Shown here: in pieces, positions 23,665 through 31,951 of the stretch
Numbering within the stretch: position 1 is the first letter of the stretch
Layout of the letters: each line of letters begins with the position of its first letter
NCBI GenBank assembly: GCA_964466675.1
Contig: CAYXSE010000004.1
Coordinates: 1-41,681 of the forward strand
Source of the DNA: an uncultured Rhodothermales bacterium
GTDB lineage: Bacteria; Bacteroidota; Rhodothermia; Rhodothermales; UBA10348
Direction of reading: 5' to 3'
Length of the DNA stretch: 41,681 bases
Notes under the pieces: generated by a model
Databases searched by the model: none
What the model saw: only the letters and a program-made list of their open reading frames with translations
What the model was told of the DNA's origin: nothing
Translations under genes and position numbers: made by a program

Positions 23665-24885
23665 TTGCAGACGATACTCATCATAAGCGGCAGTATCGAG
23701 GCGGTAGCTGGGATCCGGTTGGCCAAGGCCATGGGTTTGTTCGTGGTGGTGAGCGATGGAAATCCCGACGCTCCCGGGTTCGCGGACGCAGACGAATGCC
23801 TCCTGGTGAGCACGTATGACGTGGAGGCCACGGTGAAGACGGCAAGGGCCTTCAACGACGCCCGCCGCCCCATAAACGGGGTCGTCTCCGTGGCCGCCGA
23901 CGTACCACAGACCGTCTCAGCAGTGGCAAAAGAGCTGAATCTACCCGGAATTTCGGCCTCGGCTGCATTTCTGGCCGCCGACAAGCTGGCCATGAAGAGA
24001 CAGTTTCAAGAAGATGGAATACCGATCCCCTGGTTCAGCGCGGTTGAGTCTGTGGGCCACCTTCGAGAGCTGGTATCTGAACGGGGATTCCCGCTCGTCC
24101 TGAAACCGGTCGACAGCCGTGGCGCAAGAGGCGTACTTCGGCTTCGGCCGGACGTCTCCCTGGATTGGGCCTATTCGATTTCCCTCGAGGAATCGCCCAC
24201 GGGTCGAGTCATGGTCGAAGAGTTCTTGCCTGGTCCCCAACTGAGTACCGAATCGGTTGTGATGGGTGGCAAGGGTTACACCGTAGCATTCTCGGATCGT
24301 AACTACGAGTTTTTGGACAAGTATGCCCCGTTCATCATAGAGAATGGGGGGCAGATGCCGAGCTCGCTCCCCGCTTCGGTACAGATCGCGGCAGCCCAGG
24401 TGATCGAATCCGCTGCGGCCAGTTTGGGCATTACCGATGGGGTGGTCAAAGGTGACGTGGTCGTGACCGAGGGTAGGCCCTATATCATCGAGATCGCCGC
24501 GAGGCTGAGCGGTGGGTATTTTTGCACCCACCAAATTCCTCTGAGTACAGGTGTCGACCTCGTAGGTGCGGCGTTCGACTTGTCCCTTGGCAATCGGATA
24601 GACCCAGAACGCCTGGTGCCCACAAAGGAGCAGCATGTGGCTCAGCGATATTTTTTTCCTGGACCTGGGCGGATCTCGAGCGTGACTGTGCCCCCCGAAT
24701 TTGTCGGCAACGACTCCATCCCATTTTTGGAGATGCGATTGGAAGTCGGAGACGTGATCGGGTCCTTTGTGAGCCACCCCTCGCGTGCCGGTGTTGTGAT
24801 CACCACCGGACCGACCCGGGCAGCGGCTGTAGGCCTGGCTCGGGACGTCGCGGAGAACATCCGCATCGAGACGGTCGAAGCCTGA
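23665..24885 (+). CDS. ATP-grasp domain ligase
   Basis: FPLVLKPVDSRGARGV...VMVEEFLPGPQLSTE...IIENGGQMP...GVVKGDVVVTEGRPYIIEIAARLSGG is the ATP-grasp core. The TTG start directly abuts the pseI stop. Confidence 0.75.
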   Translation: MQTILIISGSIEAVAGIRLAKAMGLFVVVSDGNPDAPGFADADECLLVSTYDVEATVKTARAFNDARRPINGVVSVAADVPQTVSAVAKELNLPGISASAAFLAADKLAMKRQFQEDGIPIPWFSAVESVGHLRELVSERGFPLVLKPVDSRGARGVLRLRPDVSLDWAYSISLEESPTGRVMVEEFLPGPQLSTESVVMGGKGYTVAFSDRNYEFLDKYAPFIIENGGQMPSSLPASVQIAAAQVIESAAASLGITDGVVKGDVVVTEGRPYIIEIAARLSGGYFCTHQIPLSTGVDLVGAAFDLSLGNRIDPERLVPTKEQHVAQRYFFPGPGRISSVTVPPEFVGNDSIPFLEMRLEVGDVIGSFVSHPSRAGVVITTGPTRAAAVGLARDVAENIRIETVEA

Positions 24886-26886
24886 ATGGATCTATACTTC
24901 TTTTTCCATCTGAACCTGGCCTTCTCTTCAATCGAGGAAGAGCAGCGTCCGGCGGTCGTCAAGCGCTGCTACTGGCCCATTCTGAGATTGGCCGAGCGGC
25001 TCCAGATCCCGATGGGGGTGGAGGCGACCGGTTATACCCTCCGGGCCATCGCCGAGATTGACCCTGAATGGATTCGCGTATTTCGGGGGCTGGTCCACGA
25101 GGGGCCCTGCGAACTCATCGGATCGGGCTTGACTCAGATGATAGGACCTCTTGTGCCTTCCCGAGTGACCGCAGAAAATCTCAGGCTGGGTAGTCAGGTT
25201 TACGAGGAACTGATCGGATTACGACCGCGCATCGCTCTCCTGGGCGAGCAGGCCTTTTCGGCTGGCCTGGTGCCGATCTACAAGAGCGCCGGCTTCGAAG
25301 CCGTCATCACCGAGTGGAACAATGCGGCCCAGGCGAATCCCGAATGGTCGGGACAATGGAAGTACTACCCGCAACTAGCGGCGGGGACACGAGGGGAGAT
25401 ACCTGTGGTCTGGAATGAGTCCATCGCCTTCCAGAAATTTCAACGTTATGTCCAGGGTGAGGCCGATCTGGACGAATACAGGGCGTACCTGTCCGAACGC
25501 GCCTCGGACAATGAGGAGGGAACGGGCTGCTTCCCGCTCTACGGTTCGGACGCCGAGATCTTCGATTTTCGTCCAGGCCGGTTCCCGGCGGAAGCGAAGT
25601 TGGGACGGCAAGGCGAGTGGCAGCGGATCGAGCATCTGTTTACCACTCTCCGAGAGGATGGCTGGTCCTTTATTTCTCCTTCGGATGTGCTGGCCAAGTT
25701 GGGCCAGGTCAATGCCGGTCATAGGGTGACACTGGGCAGCTCGGCTCAGCCGGTCCTCGTCAAGAAGCAGGGGAAGTACAATCTCTTGAGGTGGGCGGTC
25801 ACCGGGAGGGACGATCTCGGCATCAACACGAGGTGCTGGAAGATTTACGAGGCCCTGTTGGAGGATGAGAGCGCAACTGGCCGAGATTGGGCCGAGCTTT
25901 GTTACCTGTGGAGCAGCGACTTTCGGACGCATATCACCGATTCCCGTTGGGAAGCCTTCCTGGAGCGTCTCGCTCGGGCCGAGCGACGGATGGTGCCAGA
26001 AAAGAGTCTCGCGAAGGAGCCATTGCGGGACCGGCGCCGACGGGAGATCCGCCGCCCGGCCATCGGAGCGCTGCAGGACCAAGACGCCAAAAATACAGTC
26101 ATCAAGCGCGACGGGCGTTTTCTTGTCATCGAGGGAAAACGGCTTAGGCTTCGGTTCAATTGCCGAAGGGGCTTGGCCTTGGATCGATTCGTCGACCTCA
26201 AAAGCGGCCCCGACTCGTTGACGGGCACACTACCGCACGGCTACTTCGAAGAGATCGACCTGGGCGCAGATTTTTATACGGGCCACCTGGTATTCGAGTC
26301 TCCGGGTCGTCACAAAACCACAGATCTCGAGGAGGCAGAGCCCATTGTCCAGGACCGGAACGGCGTCGTGACCGTTTCGGCGGAAATTCAGACCGAACTG
26401 GGACCGGTGATGAAGACCTGGACCATTTGCGACGAACCTGGACGACTGGGATTGGAGATCGAAGCCGTGCTGCGCACACCTGCACGGGGTTCATTACGAT
26501 TGGGGCATGTAACATTAATGCCGGAAGTTTTCGACCAGTCCACCCTATTCTACCGGACTCACAACGGGGGCGAGGAAATGGAGACATTCCGTCTCGACGG
26601 AGTCGATATCGATCACCTTCTTCCGGTCTCCGCCCTGGTTTCAGCGAGGCATGCTGTGGGTCTTACCGGAGGGCTGGTCGATCTCGGCGATGCGCGACGG
26701 TATATCCGTATAGAGGTCGACAAAACGGCGTCTGCGCTGGTGGGGATGGTTTCTTACAAGCTCGCTCGATCGCGTTACCTGTACCGCCTGGTATTCTCGG
26801 CTCAGGAATTGGATGACACAAGCAAAGAGTCCGAACCATCCGAGATCCGCGCCCGCTTTTGGTTCTCGATCAAAAACACGGGCTAG
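24886..26886 (+). CDS. Large GH57-like (glycoside hydrolase family 57 / related barrel) protein; function unclear
   Basis: 666 aa. The N-terminus MDLYFFFHLNLAFSSIEEE...GVEATGYTL...ELIGSGLTQMIGPL...LGEQAFS resembles the GH57 catalytic-domain start as I remember it. The remaining ~400 aa are unassigned. The ATG abuts the upstream stop. Confidence 0.45.
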   Translation: MDLYFFFHLNLAFSSIEEEQRPAVVKRCYWPILRLAERLQIPMGVEATGYTLRAIAEIDPEWIRVFRGLVHEGPCELIGSGLTQMIGPLVPSRVTAENLRLGSQVYEELIGLRPRIALLGEQAFSAGLVPIYKSAGFEAVITEWNNAAQANPEWSGQWKYYPQLAAGTRGEIPVVWNESIAFQKFQRYVQGEADLDEYRAYLSERASDNEEGTGCFPLYGSDAEIFDFRPGRFPAEAKLGRQGEWQRIEHLFTTLREDGWSFISPSDVLAKLGQVNAGHRVTLGSSAQPVLVKKQGKYNLLRWAVTGRDDLGINTRCWKIYEALLEDESATGRDWAELCYLWSSDFRTHITDSRWEAFLERLARAERRMVPEKSLAKEPLRDRRRREIRRPAIGALQDQDAKNTVIKRDGRFLVIEGKRLRLRFNCRRGLALDRFVDLKSGPDSLTGTLPHGYFEEIDLGADFYTGHLVFESPGRHKTTDLEEAEPIVQDRNGVVTVSAEIQTELGPVMKTWTICDEPGRLGLEIEAVLRTPARGSLRLGHVTLMPEVFDQSTLFYRTHNGGEEMETFRLDGVDIDHLLPVSALVSARHAVGLTGGLVDLGDARRYIRIEVDKTASALVGMVSYKLARSRYLYRLVFSAQELDDTSKESEPSEIRARFWFSIKNTG

Positions 26887-26892
26887 GAGTCG

Positions 26893-27864
26893 ATGCGAGT
26901 ATTGGTGACCGGAGGGGCCGGGTTTATTGGCTATCACCTTGTGGAGCGATTGCTCAGGGACGGCCATGAGGTTACATCGATCGACAGCCTGAATGACTAC
27001 TATGATCCGACTCTCAAGGTTGCCCGGTTAGACCAGATCGACTCGACCGAGGCCTATCGGTTTATCCAAATGGACATCTCCGATCGGGAGGCGCTGATGG
27101 AGCTGTTCGAGGCATCTCGATTCGAGGTGGTCGTCAACCTGGCGGCCCAGCCCGGGGTGCGGAACAGCCTCAAGAATCCGTTCTCTTACGTGGACAGCAA
27201 CGTCGTCGGATTCTTGAGTGTCCTGGAGGCCTGCCGGCATCACCCTGTCAAGCACCTCGTCTATGCGTCATCCAGTTCGGTTTATGGGACAGGTTCCACG
27301 GTTCCCTATTCGACCGATCAGCGCGCGGACCGCCCGACTTCGATCTACGCGGCCACCAAGAGAGCGAGTGAACTCATGGCCTACAGTTATTCGGAGCTCT
27401 ACGGGATTCCGAGCACTGGGCTGCGGTTTTTCACGGTCTACGGGCCATGGGGCCGGCCGGACATGGCCTATTTCAAGTTCGCCGAACTCCTTCGCAACGG
27501 CGATACCATCCCCGTCTACAACAACGGCGAATTGAGTCGGGACTTCACGTACATCGACGACATTATCGAATCAACAGCTCGAGTGATTCCTCTGGCTCCC
27601 GAAGCGAACGTGCCCCATGTCCTGTTCAACATCGGAAGGGGAGAGCCGGTGAACCTGCTCGCCTTCATCACCATACTCGAAGACGAATTGGGAATCTGTG
27701 GCACCAAGGAATTGTTGCCCATGCAGCCGGGGGAGATGTATACGACCTACGCCGACACTCGGGACCTTGAAGGAGCAGTCGATTTCGTCCCACAGGTTTC
27801 TCTCAGGGATGGAATCCGACGCTTCGCGGCTTGGTACCGGGAGTACCGGGGAGTGAAAGGCTAG
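26893..27864 (+). CDS. NAD-dependent SDR epimerase, UDP-glucuronate 4-epimerase-like
   Basis: MRVLVTGGAGFIGYHL, NDYYDPTLKVARL, YASSSSVYG, YAATKRASE (YxxxK) and RFFTVYGPWGRPDMA are the hallmark strings of the CapI/Gla-type UDP-GlcA 4-epimerases. Confidence 0.8.
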   Translation: MRVLVTGGAGFIGYHLVERLLRDGHEVTSIDSLNDYYDPTLKVARLDQIDSTEAYRFIQMDISDREALMELFEASRFEVVVNLAAQPGVRNSLKNPFSYVDSNVVGFLSVLEACRHHPVKHLVYASSSSVYGTGSTVPYSTDQRADRPTSIYAATKRASELMAYSYSELYGIPSTGLRFFTVYGPWGRPDMAYFKFAELLRNGDTIPVYNNGELSRDFTYIDDIIESTARVIPLAPEANVPHVLFNIGRGEPVNLLAFITILEDELGICGTKELLPMQPGEMYTTYADTRDLEGAVDFVPQVSLRDGIRRFAAWYREYRGVKG

Positions 27865-29171
27865 GCTGCTGGGCCCATGGCAATCTGCACCACCAATTCC
27901 GCGACTCGAGCCGAAGCGCAACCGTCATTCTCGTGGTTTAGAGCGGGCAAAGATTCTCGAGCCGCCGCTCTAAGCGAATTGGCGTAATCCGGATCAGTCA
28001 GAATTCGGTCCAGTAGTCCCGCGAGTTCAGTCGCGCCTCTCACACTCCTGACACCGTCGGATTCCTCATAAAACGGCTCGATGGGTCTTGCGCGCGCATC
28101 CAGAATGACGCACGGTCGGTCGAGAATGAGAATCTCGGTAACGAGGCTGGATTGGGATGTGACGACTACATCCGCCGCTCGGATCAGGGTGGCCTTCTCG
28201 CGTACGATAGTGCCGCGCGAATAGTCCACATGCAGAAGGTTGACACCCTGCTCAGCGAACCATTTACGGTAGTCGGACAGCTCGGCTACGGTAGGTTCTC
28301 TTCCCGGCCTCTGGCTCGATTCGCCGGGATGCGGTCTGACCGCGACCAGCGGAGCCGGCATAAGACTCGATACGGCCTCGGCGAAGATTTCGTTCGCCTT
28401 CATGAGCCCAATGCCGATTTCAGTAAAGGCCATGACCGATCCCGACGCAAAGACCGATGCATATAACACCAGCGGAAGATTGTGGGGGATGCCCAGGCTG
28501 TCACGCGCTTCCTTCTTGCTCTGGCGCACAGCGTCTTCGTAGAGTACGTCCCACTGTGGCGCACCCGTCACATGGACGCGCTGTGGGTCCGCACCCGACT
28601 CAATGAATATTTCTCTCTGCCTCGACCCATAAACTGCTGAGTGCCAAGGGGTAGTCCGCATGGAGGGATCCGACGCTTTCAGGAGGTTCCCATGCGCCAG
28701 CTCGATTACCGGGATCCCTGCCTGGTCGGAGAGCGCCTGGATGACTCGCTGCCCCGAGCTCAGGCAGGACCGCATAACCACGGCCCTGAGATCAGAGGTG
28801 TCGATGAGCCTTCTCATCACGCGAGCGATCAGAAGCTGGTTCTCCGCCATCGAAAGGATGTGCTTGACCAAATCGCTCCCCCCGGATGAGAGCAAGTTGG
28901 CCTGGGCTGTTTCGAACGCGGAGGCGGCACCGGGCGTACTGATGCCTGCTGCGAATCTCTTGCCCAGTGCCTTCGACGCCTGAGCGGCGTATTCCGCGTC
29001 TTCCTCCCGCGCGAACTCGTGGAAGCCGGCCGCCAGCACGCCGCGTTCCTCGAGCAGCTCTCGCATGGGCGGTTGGTTCATGATTGGCCGAGCGCCCAGA
29101 CGAGCGGCCTCTTCAACCACCTTCAGGTATTCTTCAAAGGCGAAGTCGAAGAAGAGGATGTCTCCGTTCAT
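27861..29171 (-). CDS. Putative GT-B-fold transferase (capsule-synthesis / glycerophosphotransferase / SpsB-like); candidate glycan-assembly enzyme
   Basis: 436 aa from the ATG at 29171 (ATGA overlap with the upstream gene's stop); the track's extension to 29303 was rejected. Two Rossmann-like halves (VVMRSCLSSGQRVIQALSDQAGIPVIELAHG; PLVLYASV...VRPHPGE...ADVVVTSQSSLVTEILILDRPCVILD). The family assignment is tentative. Confidence 0.45.
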   Translation of the reverse strand: MNGDILFFDFAFEEYLKVVEEAARLGARPIMNQPPMRELLEERGVLAAGFHEFAREEDAEYAAQASKALGKRFAAGISTPGAASAFETAQANLLSSGGSDLVKHILSMAENQLLIARVMRRLIDTSDLRAVVMRSCLSSGQRVIQALSDQAGIPVIELAHGNLLKASDPSMRTTPWHSAVYGSRQREIFIESGADPQRVHVTGAPQWDVLYEDAVRQSKKEARDSLGIPHNLPLVLYASVFASGSVMAFTEIGIGLMKANEIFAEAVSSLMPAPLVAVRPHPGESSQRPGREPTVAELSDYRKWFAEQGVNLLHVDYSRGTIVREKATLIRAADVVVTSQSSLVTEILILDRPCVILDARARPIEPFYEESDGVRSVRGATELAGLLDRILTDPDYANSLRAAARESLPALNHENDGCASARVAELVVQIAMGPAA

Positions 29172-31870
29172 ACCCCAGCCCCCTCCGTATTGGCCTTGAG
29201 CCAGGCCCTGACGAGGCCGGGCGAGATCTCGAACTCCATGAGCTGACCGAGATTCAGTCCGTTGACCGTCATGATTTGCCGCCAGATCGGGTCCAGCGCC
29301 CATGTCTTGGCTACTCGGCGAATGTCGGCGGTTAGCCTTGCCGAGTCGTGGCCAAGAACAGTCGCTTCATAGTGTTCCAGGGCGGCCCGGTAAGTTGTCT
29401 TATCGATTTGCACGAGACTGGTGCACGAAGGGCACCGCTGTCGCGCAACAGGATGGCCCGCGATGGTCTGCTGCTGAATGACGAGCTCCGACCTGCACTC
29501 TGGACACCGACACGCCAACTCGGCATTCACCATCTGGGGTAGGACACCGGTCACTTCGGTGACCTGAATCGGTTTGGCCTCCCCACTGGCACTCCTCGAC
29601 GTGCTCCGGATCAGGTCTGCAATCTGGCCGACCTGGCTATCCAGCGTGTAATGCTCTGCAACGAACTCCCGATAATGTCTTGAGTGATAATCGGGCGAGG
29701 TAATCTGGTCCACCGCCTCTTCCACGGTGTTAAACAAGACGTCCGAGGGCCACATATCGCGGGCAAACGGGAAATTGTGGACCACCGGCTTCATCCCGCA
29801 AGTCATGGCCTCCGCGATTGTATAGCCAAAACTTTCATGTGTACTTGTGGAGAGTAGATAGTCCTTGTCTGACAGGAAAGCGTGGATGTCGGGCTGCCAG
29901 TCATTCATCATCACGTTGTTGGTGAGTCCCAGCTCCTCAACCATGTGATTCCAGTACAGCTTAAGCGCGGGGTCCTGAAACGTACCGGCCACATGCAGGC
30001 GGTACTTCGGATCCCTTTTTACCAGAATATCCAGTATCTGGAGCGCCAAGCCAGGATTTTTTCGACCATGGAGATACCCCACGAGAGCGATGTCAAACCC
30101 GACTTTCCGTTCTCGGAAGGAATAGCGGGACATGTCCACGCCATTCGGGATGTGCTTGACGTCCGTACGCTCGCGAAGGCCCGGGACCCTACTGGCAACG
30201 ATTTCCGCGAGATGATCGGCGACGACAACAAGCGTATCCACATGATCCCACTGGACCGTCAGTGGCATGTCCGTGAACGCTTCGAAGCGATGCAGGCGGC
30301 ATATCACGGCCTTCCGCCGTGCGATGTCCTGTCTCGATGCCCAAATAAGAGGGTCGTTACACCATTCGAACCAGCAGACATCCGCCCATTCCATCGCGTT
30401 CAAGATGTCCTCCCGGGTGACAACAACAAACTTTCGCGCGTCCATGCTCGGAATCAGATCGCGAATGATGTCCGAGAGAAACTGATCCAGGCCCTTGGAG
30501 ACCAGGAATGCGACCTTGAGGTCTTCCACTCCGTCATGAGTATTCACGCCAAGGCGCGCCGCTGCGTCAGGGGCCAGGATCGAGGCCAGTCGGTTCTCCA
30601 ACCGTTTGGCGGCCTCATCTTCCCCAACGGCGCTCGCCACCTGAACGAGCATATGAAGGCAATCGGCGTCCTCTGCGTCGAGCAGAAGCGCGGAGGTCAA
30701 TCGATTTATCGCTAGGGCCGCCTCTCCTAGCTTCCACGCGATGCGTGCCTGAAGCGATATCAGAGGAAGCGCGAGCTCGCTGTTCTCCTCGTCGAGTTCG
30801 GCGATGAGGGTGCGAGCCCTTGCTGGATCCTCGGCCTCCAGTGCGAGCGAAGCCGCCTCAAGGACCTCGGCGGCCGATTCTCCCTCGACCGGAGCGGTCG
30901 CTTCCGCCAGCGACTGGCGCAACCGATCGAGTTCGGTGGGAATCTCACTCATTCGCTCCAGCAGGAAACGAAATGCCTCTTCGGCTTCCTGGGCTGTCGT
31001 GTCCGGCTCTCGTCCGGCCAGAAGCGCTTCCACCACATCCGCACACTCGAGGCCACACCGATAGACTGTTGAGAGGACCTGAGCTCGCTGACGAATCAAG
31101 CCTAGTACCACCTCATCGTCTACCTGCGAGAGCCGTTGCAACAGCCGGCATCCCACCATTAGCGCCAGAAGGTTCACTACCGCGCGCTCGACCGACATAT
31201 TCTTGGGATGCGAGAGGGAAGCATCGTGCTCCCGTCGCATGTAGGACCCGTGCTCCAGGACGCGGATCCGTCGGTCCGGGTAGGCCGCGCACATTCGCGT
31301 CAACAGGACGAAGTCCTCGCTTGTCCGAAACAACCCGCCCGCGAAGTGGGGAAGCGCCTCGGCCGTTCGCATCATAGTGCCCGCCTGCAAGGCCCTCATT
31401 TCGCCTCCAAATACCAGCTCCCTCAGGAGCTCTCGCCCCGTCATGCCGTCGAAAATGAGTCTGTCAAATTGCTTCGATTCCGGGACGCCATCAATCACGA
31501 ACGTGATCTCAGGCATGGAAACGAACAGGACGCTCTGGTCCTCTAGCTCCAACTGCGCCGCTTCTGAGAACGCCTGGAATCCGCTCAGGTAGTCATCGTC
31601 ACCACACAGCATGAACAGCGGAGTTCCGCAGTTCTCGACCCCATGACGCGCGGCCTCGGCGGCGCCGCCATTTTTTTCTCGTGCTGTAAAGCGCGCGCTC
31701 GACCGTTTCGCGAGGTCTCTGAGTCCTGCCTGGACCTCCGGGGACGAAGCATCATCTGCAATCAGGAGGGGCAACCCTTCCCACCGACCATCGGCCACAT
31801 CTTGCTCTACGAACTCCAGGCGTTCGTAGGTATGCATCACGATGGTAACCTTCGACTCCGACTGACTCAT
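29168..31870 (-). CDS. 900-aa multidomain glycosyltransferase: GT2-like N-domain, helical/TPR-like linker, GT4 (Glycos_transf_1) domain, CxxC...CxxC zinc ribbon, ~80-aa C-terminal domain
   Basis: GT2: VTIVMHTYER...LLIADDASSPE...FMLCGDDD. Helical region: ALEAEDPARARTLIAEL...AINRLTSALLLD. GT4: VGYLHGRKNPGLALQIL...HVAGT...STHESFGYTIAEAMTCGMKPVV (Ex7E). Zinc ribbon: CRCPEC-x20-CPSC (nt 29411-29512). Confidence 0.75.
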   Translation of the reverse strand: MSQSESKVTIVMHTYERLEFVEQDVADGRWEGLPLLIADDASSPEVQAGLRDLAKRSSARFTAREKNGGAAEAARHGVENCGTPLFMLCGDDDYLSGFQAFSEAAQLELEDQSVLFVSMPEITFVIDGVPESKQFDRLIFDGMTGRELLRELVFGGEMRALQAGTMMRTAEALPHFAGGLFRTSEDFVLLTRMCAAYPDRRIRVLEHGSYMRREHDASLSHPKNMSVERAVVNLLALMVGCRLLQRLSQVDDEVVLGLIRQRAQVLSTVYRCGLECADVVEALLAGREPDTTAQEAEEAFRFLLERMSEIPTELDRLRQSLAEATAPVEGESAAEVLEAASLALEAEDPARARTLIAELDEENSELALPLISLQARIAWKLGEAALAINRLTSALLLDAEDADCLHMLVQVASAVGEDEAAKRLENRLASILAPDAAARLGVNTHDGVEDLKVAFLVSKGLDQFLSDIIRDLIPSMDARKFVVVTREDILNAMEWADVCWFEWCNDPLIWASRQDIARRKAVICRLHRFEAFTDMPLTVQWDHVDTLVVVADHLAEIVASRVPGLRERTDVKHIPNGVDMSRYSFRERKVGFDIALVGYLHGRKNPGLALQILDILVKRDPKYRLHVAGTFQDPALKLYWNHMVEELGLTNNVMMNDWQPDIHAFLSDKDYLLSTSTHESFGYTIAEAMTCGMKPVVHNFPFARDMWPSDVLFNTVEEAVDQITSPDYHSRHYREFVAEHYTLDSQVGQIADLIRSTSRSASGEAKPIQVTEVTGVLPQMVNAELACRCPECRSELVIQQQTIAGHPVARQRCPSCTSLVQIDKTTYRAALEHYEATVLGHDSARLTADIRRVAKTWALDPIWRQIMTVNGLNLGQLMEFEISPGLVRAWLKANTEGAGV

Positions 31871-31937
31871 CCCCTTGGCGGCTTGTTCAAGTTTGCAGTT
31901 TAAGACCGTGTTCGCGGAGTTGCAGCCGAGACATGAC

Positions 31938-31945
31938 TATCTTTG
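31938..31945 (+). promoter_or_regulatory. Possible Bacteroidota-type -7 promoter element (TAnnTTTG) for the tRNA gene
   Basis: TATCTTTG ends 6 nt before the tRNA 5' end. A TTG lies about 17 nt upstream (31919-31921). This is a single-site match only. Confidence 0.3.
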
Positions 31946-31951
31946 CAAGAC

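Noticed and set aside
23941-24777. 278-aa minus-strand ORF. The same reasoning applies to 29882..30715 (+), 10949..11752 (+), 2529..3338 (+), 25375..26082 (-), 7026..7655 (-) and 38525..39166 (+)
   Set aside because: All are antisense to ORFs that carry recognisable family motifs or sit in tightly coupled operons. They are treated as shadow ORFs.
13339-31870. Calling the locus a phosphonate (AEP) glycan cluster, a flagellin-glycosylation island or a mobile genomic island
   Set aside because: No PEP mutase, no flagellar or Maf-type genes, and no integrase, transposase or flanking direct repeats are visible in the window. These remain hypotheses to test genome-wide rather than supportable calls.
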